A DNA stretch of 62,910 nucleotides from a virus (Duplodnaviria; Caudoviricetes), in the IMG/VR virus record IMGVR_UViG_3300037522_000055, positions 1 through 62,910 of that record, one strand, 5' to 3'. A model generated the notes under the pieces. It did not search any database. It saw nothing but the letters and a program-made list of their open reading frames with translations, and was not told the DNA's origin. Of the stretch, positions 57,221 through 62,910 are shown piece by piece (the first letter of the stretch is position 1; every line of letters starts with the position of its first letter). The position numbers were made by a program, and so were the translations under genes.

Positions 57221-59173
57221 TTATAGGCCGCGGTGTACCATCGCCACAGTGCGCAACGCCTCGGCGATGCATTCCCTTACCTCATCGCCTTTGACGCGCA
57301 TGTAGTAGCGCCCAGGCTGCGGCGGATTGGCACGAACACACGCGCTGAGATAGCCGCGCCACTTACCGTAAGCGATCGGCGAATCGTTCGGTGCCGCAAG
57401 GATATGTGTCGCTTTGCCGACCTTGGCGACTTCGGCGCACCACGCGTCGATCTCATCGTCGATCGCCGCGGGCAGATCGTCGGAAGGAAGACAGTCGACC
57501 CACAGCTCGATTGCCTGGGAGCAGGTCGCCGCTTTCGCCCACGTCGCGCCCGCGGCCTTGTACTCGGCGAGCTTTTGCTCCAGGTCGGCTATGCGCTTCG
57601 TGTCTTCGGGGAGCGAAGTCAACGTCCCGATCGCGTAGTTTTCAACAGCGTCCGGGTCGTCGATGCCGAGAGCAGTCATCAAGTGGACCAGCTTCTTCGC
57701 GATGACCGGCTTGGTCAGTTTTTTGACGGATCCTTCTGTTGTCGCCGGCCGCCCTCTGCCCTTAGACTCTGCCGGAGCCGGGGCGGTCGCAGGGGTCGCA
57801 GGCGCCGGGGCAGGCGCAGGGGTCGCCGGAGCCGGGGCAGGCGCAGGGGTCCCAGACGCTTCCACGCGGTCCCTTACAGCCTTCGGAAGTGTGATGACGT
57901 CCTCGGGGGGCAGCTCTTTGGCGGCCTCAGCGGGCGTCGGAAGGCGTGACTCTGGCGGAAGAGCAGACGGGACATCGGGCGCGACGTCGGGCGCCGGGAC
58001 CGCCACGGATGCGGATGCCGGGGGCTCTACGACGACGTGGTCGGGTGCGGGCGTCAGATTCGGCGGCCCGTCAGGGAACTTCGACTTTAGCTCGGCGAGC
58101 AATCCCAATATCTGTTCGATCGAGACGACTGAAGGAATGCCAACAAGCCGTCCGCTGCCCGTGACCTCGCCGCCGGCCTCGAGCACGGCCGCCGCGGCGT
58201 CGCCCTCGAACGTCGGCAGACCAAGGCCGTATTGCTCGATTTCCGACAGCAAACCAGAGACGTCCGGCGCCGGCTTACGAGCCTCGCGCTCGGCGCGTTC
58301 CTGCTTTTCGAGCTCGGCGATATGGTCACTCATGTTCATATTATCCAGTAGTCCCACAGATTCCTCCTGTTGATCTCCCCACGTTTCACGCACGAGATCG
58401 TCCAATGGTCTGTCGCAAACATTCTTGTAGTAGCAGCCGCCGAAGGCGTCACACGCCCGGAGGTTACACGGTGCCTGGTTTGGGTCCGAGATACCTGCGA
58501 CTACTTTCATCTGCTCGACAATAGGCTCGTGCGCGCGCACCACGGCCGCGGCACGGGCGGCCGACACCTTCGCCGTTCGTTTGAACGCATCGATGCGTTT
58601 CGTCGAAAAGTACACGTGCGAGAGGCGGATATTTTTGAACGGTTTGACCCATTGCTCGAGCCACGTCGCATAGGCGCACATGGCCAGGTCGTCACGGATT
58701 TGCGTCGCGTTCTTTCCCCACTTACGCGGGTCGCCACTGTACTTCCAGTCGATAATCTCCGGCGTGTCAGGATCTCGTACGACTTCCTGCTCGGGATTGA
58801 TGTAAATTCCGGTGAGATTCGCGGCGTCGAGGCGGCCTACGATCGGAAGTCCGGCCAACCTGTAAAGCGGGCGGGCCAAATCAATCTCAGGCTCGACAAC
58901 GAAGTGCTCGGGTTTGAAACCGGCTTGTATCCAGCCGGCGCCGGGGCGATCAATATCCGTGAGAATAGGTTCCCTGGTCTTTAGGAAGTGCTCGATTCGC
59001 TTATGGCCGTCGATGCCGGCCTGTTGTGCGGGCGTCGTCGGCGCTCGGATCCCAGCGACGTAACGAAACGCCCACTGGCGAGGGCACCCGGTCTGTGGAT
59101 CAGAGAATGTTTTGATTGCGCTCGGCGACGCGTATTGAAGTCGACCGTCGACGACTGTCTTTCCTAGTTTCAT
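57221..59173 (-). CDS. PD-(D/E)XK (RecB/Cas4-like) exonuclease with long C-terminal extension
   Basis: SPSAI..F..CPRQW, GRLD, IIDWK, C..FGGCYY..VC. Confidence 0.8.
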   Translation of the reverse strand: MKLGKTVVDGRLQYASPSAIKTFSDPQTGCPRQWAFRYVAGIRAPTTPAQQAGIDGHKRIEHFLKTREPILTDIDRPGAGWIQAGFKPEHFVVEPEIDLARPLYRLAGLPIVGRLDAANLTGIYINPEQEVVRDPDTPEIIDWKYSGDPRKWGKNATQIRDDLAMCAYATWLEQWVKPFKNIRLSHVYFSTKRIDAFKRTAKVSAARAAAVVRAHEPIVEQMKVVAGISDPNQAPCNLRACDAFGGCYYKNVCDRPLDDLVRETWGDQQEESVGLLDNMNMSDHIAELEKQERAEREARKPAPDVSGLLSEIEQYGLGLPTFEGDAAAAVLEAGGEVTGSGRLVGIPSVVSIEQILGLLAELKSKFPDGPPNLTPAPDHVVVEPPASASVAVPAPDVAPDVPSALPPESRLPTPAEAAKELPPEDVITLPKAVRDRVEASGTPAPAPAPATPAPAPAPATPATAPAPAESKGRGRPATTEGSVKKLTKPVIAKKLVHLMTALGIDDPDAVENYAIGTLTSLPEDTKRIADLEQKLAEYKAAGATWAKAATCSQAIELWVDCLPSDDLPAAIDDEIDAWCAEVAKVGKATHILAAPNDSPIAYGKWRGYLSACVRANPPQPGRYYMRVKGDEVRECIAEALRTVAMVHRGL

Positions 59174-59360
59174 AGTTCGTCAACATCGTCAACGCAGTCG
59201 CAAGCACTGCCTAACACGTCGCTAATCGTAATGGTCACGCCGTCGTCGAACTCGTAAATATACCCATCTGTGTCGTGATTCGAACGCTGCATTTGATGTA
59301 CAACGCACGCACGTCCGAACAGAGTGGTCGGGATCTCCCATAACACCGCGCTATCTTCAT

Positions 59361-59801
59361 TCATCGCCTGAATCTCCTTAGCAACACTCGCTCCTTACCC
59401 CCGCGATGGCCGATTGCTTTTGCCACAGGGCGCGTTAGGTCGGCGACGCCAATCCATCGCCCCGGGTCGGATCGTCGCTTCTTCAATACCCAAGTGCCAT
59501 TGTGCTTCGCGCCATAAGGCCCGGCGTCGATGCGCGGTACGACAGCCCACCCGCCAGTTCTTGGATTGACGACGAGGTACAGGTCGCCACATTTACCTTG
59601 TCTAGTCGCGAGTCCCCAATCATCGGCGCGGACACGGCGCGGCGGCTTGAAGCAGTACGTCTCGCCGCCGCGGTGCTTGTCGTCCGCGCCGCCAAAGACG
59701 GATGCCTTGCCTGCGATGGGATCACCGAAGGCTAGCAGTAGGACGGCGAAGATCCAGTCAATCACGAAGGCTCCGGGAACTCGAAGGACCAACATCGCCA
59801 T
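59361..59801 (-). CDS. RlpA-like double-psi beta-barrel protein
   Basis: VVNPRTG..AVVPRIDAGPY...VADLTRPVAKAIG. Confidence 0.6.
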   Translation of the reverse strand: MAMLVLRVPGAFVIDWIFAVLLLAFGDPIAGKASVFGGADDKHRGGETYCFKPPRRVRADDWGLATRQGKCGDLYLVVNPRTGGWAVVPRIDAGPYGAKHNGTWVLKKRRSDPGRWIGVADLTRPVAKAIGHRGGKERVLLRRFRR

Positions 59802-60101
59802 CGCACGGTGCCGACTCCGTTGAACGGCTCCAGCTCGACGTCAACGCTTCCGCTGTCCCGTATCTTAACTCCATCTCGCCTGAGCTCGGCCGCGACGTCG
59901 TCGCGAAACGCCCGTGCCCGAATCCCGATACGGCGTAGTAGGTCCAGCGTGCGGTCGTCGTCGAGGCGCTTGTGCGTCGGCTTCTTGGTTTTCTTCTTCG
60001 CCATCGCTAGGCCGTCCCGAGAATCATTCCGGTACAAAGCGAGCACAGCAGTGTGATTGAGATCCCTAACAACACAGCGAACACGTAATACGTGCGGTCG
60101 T

Positions 60102-60422
60102 TCATGGGATGGTCACCGAGTCGGGCGCTGACTCACATACCGCAGAACAGTCCCACTCGCTTGTTAGGCCTTCGACGGGATCAACGATCTGCACGCACCC
60201 CAACGAGCGTGCAAGCTCCTCGAGCCAGGCTCGGCCGGCGGATACCTGATCCTCGACAAGCTCTTGACAGTCCGCCGCGGTTTGCTCCTGTGCCTCGCGA
60301 ACAATCTCTTCGCACTTGTCGGCGGCCTTGTCGACGGCGCCTTCGACATCCACACATCCAAACACAAGTGCGGCGATTGCGACCGCAATAAGAATCCCTA
60401 GCGCGTATTCGAGTAGCTTCAC
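60102..60422 (-). CDS. Putative lipoprotein
   Basis: Signal peptide ending VFGC; RBS AGGAGG. Confidence 0.6.
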   Translation of the reverse strand: MKLLEYALGILIAVAIAALVFGCVDVEGAVDKAADKCEEIVREAQEQTAADCQELVEDQVSAGRAWLEELARSLGCVQIVDPVEGLTSEWDCSAVCESAPDSVTIP

Positions 60423-60433
60423 GTTACCTCCTG

Positions 60434-60913
60434 TTAAACCGACGAAGGCGCGTCGATCAAGTCGGACGCCTTCATCCGTACACCAGCCGCCTTTAACTGC
60501 GCACGGGTTTTAACTGCCGAGACCGTGTTCCCGTAGTCTCGCTGCGTGCGATACCAGGCCGTAATTCGACTAAGCGGCGCCTTCCCAATTTTTTTACGGA
60601 TGTTGTTTTTCAACCGCCAAGAACGGCGATTCACGCAGCCCATCTCGAACAGGAAGTAGGACAGCTTGCGACGTCGCTCGGACGCTTTGACCGAGCGGTA
60701 CGCCAGGCCGTTTTGATGGGGGCGGGCGATACGCCGTGCGAGCTTACGATGGGTGAAGCGCGCGTAGGCCGGATTTGTGTGCGGACGTCTATCTCCCGAT
60801 CGACGCCGAGGACGTCGTCGCATCGTCGGGGGCGCAAAAGTCGGAGCCGCAGTGCGGCGGGATCGGACGAAGAACGAGACGATAGCGACGATTAGTGTTC
60901 GTAGTGCGGTCAT
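60434..60913 (-). CDS. Arg-rich hypothetical protein
   Basis: RBS GGAGG; N-terminus resembles that of 60917..61075. Confidence 0.55.
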   Translation of the reverse strand: MTALRTLIVAIVSFFVRSRRTAAPTFAPPTMRRRPRRRSGDRRPHTNPAYARFTHRKLARRIARPHQNGLAYRSVKASERRRKLSYFLFEMGCVNRRSWRLKNNIRKKIGKAPLSRITAWYRTQRDYGNTVSAVKTRAQLKAAGVRMKASDLIDAPSSV

Positions 60914-60916
60914 TGC

Positions 60917-61075
60917 TTACCTCCGTCGCGACGCGTGCGTACGTCGCCACGCGTACGATTCCGTACGACAACGCGCGTTGCGCTCGGCTAGCTGGCGACA
61001 ATCCATCACAACCGCAGGGGGCGATGGTCGGAACAGTGTGATAAGTGCCGCAATGATCGTTTTCAGTGCGTTCAT
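60917..61075 (-). CDS. Small hypothetical protein
   Basis: MNALKTIIAALITLF versus MTALRTLIVAIVSFF. Confidence 0.5.
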   Translation of the reverse strand: MNALKTIIAALITLFRPSPPAVVMDCRQLAERNARCRTESYAWRRTHASRRR

Positions 61076-61076
61076 T

Positions 61077-61145
61077 TTAGGCGCCTCGCAGGTCCGCGGA
61101 TCGCAGGTCCGCGTCGGGTTCGATTGCATATCCGTTGATTTTCAT
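61077..61145 (-). pseudogene. Collapsed pentapeptide cassette (22 aa)
   Basis: Full leader plus [22 protein letters not shown]-stop. Confidence 0.75.
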
Positions 61146-61180
61146 TTTCTTAGGTCCTTTGTTCTGGGTTGCTTCGGGGG

Positions 61181-61759
61181 CTAGGCGCCTCGGAGGTCCG
61201 CAAGCGCTTCGTCCGTCGTCGCGTAGAAATCTGGCACGCGGCCCGTCGACGCGTAGTAGATCAAAGAACCCGCCGTCGCCGATCCCAGTCGCGATTCGAG
61301 ATCGTATCCCGCTTCGCCCGCGAGATGGATCGCCCATCCCGCGCGGCAATGCGTAGTCTCACACGTATGCCACAAGGTCATATCCAGCGATCCGTGCGCG
61401 TCCGGGCCGTCTACCATCGCCAGGATCTTGGCGTCCAAGTCGTCAACGACCGGGGCGTAGGGCAGTCCGATCGCGCCTTGCAGGTTCGCGCCTTGTAGGA
61501 TCGCGCCCAGTCGCGCGCCTCGCAGGTTCGCGCCTTCCAGTCGCGCGCCTTCCAGGTCCGCGCCTCGCAGGTCCGCGCCTTGTAGGTCCGCGCGTCGCAG
61601 GTCCGCGCCTTGTAGGTACGCGCCGTACAGGTACGCGACTCGCAGGTCCGCGCGTCGCAGGTCCGCGCCTTCCAGGTTCGCGCCTTTCAGGTTCGCGCCT
61701 TCGAGTAGCGCGTACCGCAGGTCCGCGTCGGGTTCGATTGCATATCCGTTGATTTTCAT
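61181..61759 (-). CDS. Pentapeptide-repeat protein, type A
   Basis: Start [10 protein letters not shown] at 61759. Confidence 0.9.
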   Translation of the reverse strand: MKINGYAIEPDADLRYALLEGANLKGANLEGADLRRADLRVAYLYGAYLQGADLRRADLQGADLRGADLEGARLEGANLRGARLGAILQGANLQGAIGLPYAPVVDDLDAKILAMVDGPDAHGSLDMTLWHTCETTHCRAGWAIHLAGEAGYDLESRLGSATAGSLIYYASTGRVPDFYATTDEALADLRGA

Positions 61760-61797
61760 TTTCTTAGGTCCTTTGTTTGGGGGTTGTCGCTTCGGGA

Positions 61798-62226
61798 TTA
61801 CAGCCAATCGCTGTACTCGTCGCCGGTCTTTTCGTCAAACGGGCGTTCACGGGCGATCAGATCGCCCTGACAGAATTCCCAGATCAGACCGGGCACCGAG
61901 TGATCGTTCAACAACTCCAAGGCGTCATCTTCGTCGGAGAGATCGTCGGACCAATCATCGGATCGAAGATACCCGCGAGCACGCGCAATCGCGTTGACGT
62001 TGAGAGCGGCGGCAATTTGATCGTAGTGTGTCATGCCGCAAACGCGAGCGGCGATCTGATTGGCCAGATCATCAATACACTCGGCGAGTCGTGCGCGGAT
62101 ATGCGCATGGCCATGGGCGCCGTCGCCGTAGCATCCCGCGTCGGACATTTGATAGACGTACTCCGCGCATTCGCAGTTGTGCTGATACTCGCCGCACCCA
62201 CGACAGTACAAGATTGGTTTGGTCAT
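61798..62226 (-). CDS. Hypothetical early protein
   Basis: Preceded by the shared spacer; ends DWL-stop. Confidence 0.65.
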   Translation of the reverse strand: MTKPILYCRGCGEYQHNCECAEYVYQMSDAGCYGDGAHGHAHIRARLAECIDDLANQIAARVCGMTHYDQIAAALNVNAIARARGYLRSDDWSDDLSDEDDALELLNDHSVPGLIWEFCQGDLIARERPFDEKTGDEYSDWL

Positions 62227-62262
62227 CGTCTGGATCCTTTGCTTGGGTTTGTCGCTTGGGGA

Positions 62263-62643
62263 TTACAGCCAATCGTGTTTCAGCGAGTATCCCGCGCGAT
62301 AGTGACCGCGTCGAGCGTTGTGGAAGGATGCATCGCCGCGATCTTTCATGCCGTGGATCGCGTACGAGAGTGAGTTGACGATATGAAAACCCATGTCCAT
62401 CCCGCACCCGCCGACTTTCAGCGCGCTTTCCCTATCCTGGCGGTAGTCCAACGCTCTTGCGATGTATCCCGTGAGGTATACGGGTCCGTCTTTCTTGCAG
62501 GCGTAGAAATCGATCGTGCGCGACATGCCCGATCGACTTACCGATCGCAGGATACAATAAACGCGCGATCCCGGGGGGAGTATGCGCTGAAGCGTTTTGA
62601 TTGCTTCGTACTTCTCTTGCATCTTCTCTTCTTTTTTGGTCAT
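62263..62643 (-). CDS. Conserved phage hypothetical protein
   Basis: LRSVSRSGMSR and VGGCGMDMGF motifs; ends DWL-stop. Confidence 0.7.
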   Translation of the reverse strand: MTKKEEKMQEKYEAIKTLQRILPPGSRVYCILRSVSRSGMSRTIDFYACKKDGPVYLTGYIARALDYRQDRESALKVGGCGMDMGFHIVNSLSYAIHGMKDRGDASFHNARRGHYRAGYSLKHDWL

Positions 62644-62695
62644 TGTCTTTGGTCCTTTGTTCGGGGTTGTCGCTTCGGGGTTGTCGCTTCGGGGG

Positions 62696-62910
62696 TTAGG
62701 CGCCTCGGAGGTCCGCAAGCGCTTCGTCCGTCGTCGCGTAGAAATTCGGAATCCGACCCGTCGACGCGTAGTAGATCAAAGAACCCGCCGTCGTCGATCC
62801 CAGTCGCGATTCGAGATCGTATCCCGCTTCGCCCGCGAGATGGATCGCCCATCCCGCGCGGCAATGCGTAGTCTCACACGTGTGCCACACGTCCATGTCT
62901 AACGATCCGT
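62696..62910 (-). CDS. 3' part of the type A pentapeptide gene that starts at 544
   Basis: [15 protein letters not shown]...ADLRGA-stop. Confidence 0.85.
   Translation of the reverse strand, partial: GSLDMDVWHTCETTHCRAGWAIHLAGEAGYDLESRLGSTTAGSLIYYASTGRIPNFYATTDEALADLRGA

Noticed and set aside
57221-59173. Cas4 as part of the repeat system
   Set aside because: It lies in the replication cluster far from the array and fits an ordinary phage PD-(D/E)XK exonuclease.
1-62910. Diversity-generating retroelement or integron as the source of cassette variation
   Set aside because: No reverse transcriptase or tyrosine recombinase recognised; variation is in module number and order rather than adenine-specific substitution.

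Overview
This window looks like a near-complete, circularly permuted, GC-rich tailed dsDNA phage genome with siphovirus-like morphogenesis genes. The two ends join in frame inside one pentapeptide-repeat gene. The + strand arm (7.1-43 kb) carries TerS-like, intein-containing TerL, portal, head, tail and lysis genes. The - strand arm (43-62.9 kb, wrapping to 3 kb) carries DNA polymerase A, SF2 helicase, PD-(D/E)XK nuclease, Dam, a RuvC-like resolvase, nucleotide enzymes and early genes. Three features stand out. (1) At 4.35-6.9 kb a solo Cas7/RAMP-like gene sits among eight non-coding units, each a (GGC-NN)9-14 pentamer tract with variable dinucleotides plus a constant ~40-nt hairpin tail, and the locus is flanked by a palindromic 54-bp direct repeat. 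This is a candidate non-CRISPR RNA-guided system (VIPR-like). (2) Ten pentapeptide-repeat cassettes share an N-terminus, have shuffled 15-nt modules and carry four different C-terminal domains. (3) The TerL intein encodes its HNH endonuclease in an overlapping +1 reading frame. All product calls come from motif recognition by eye; no database searches were run.
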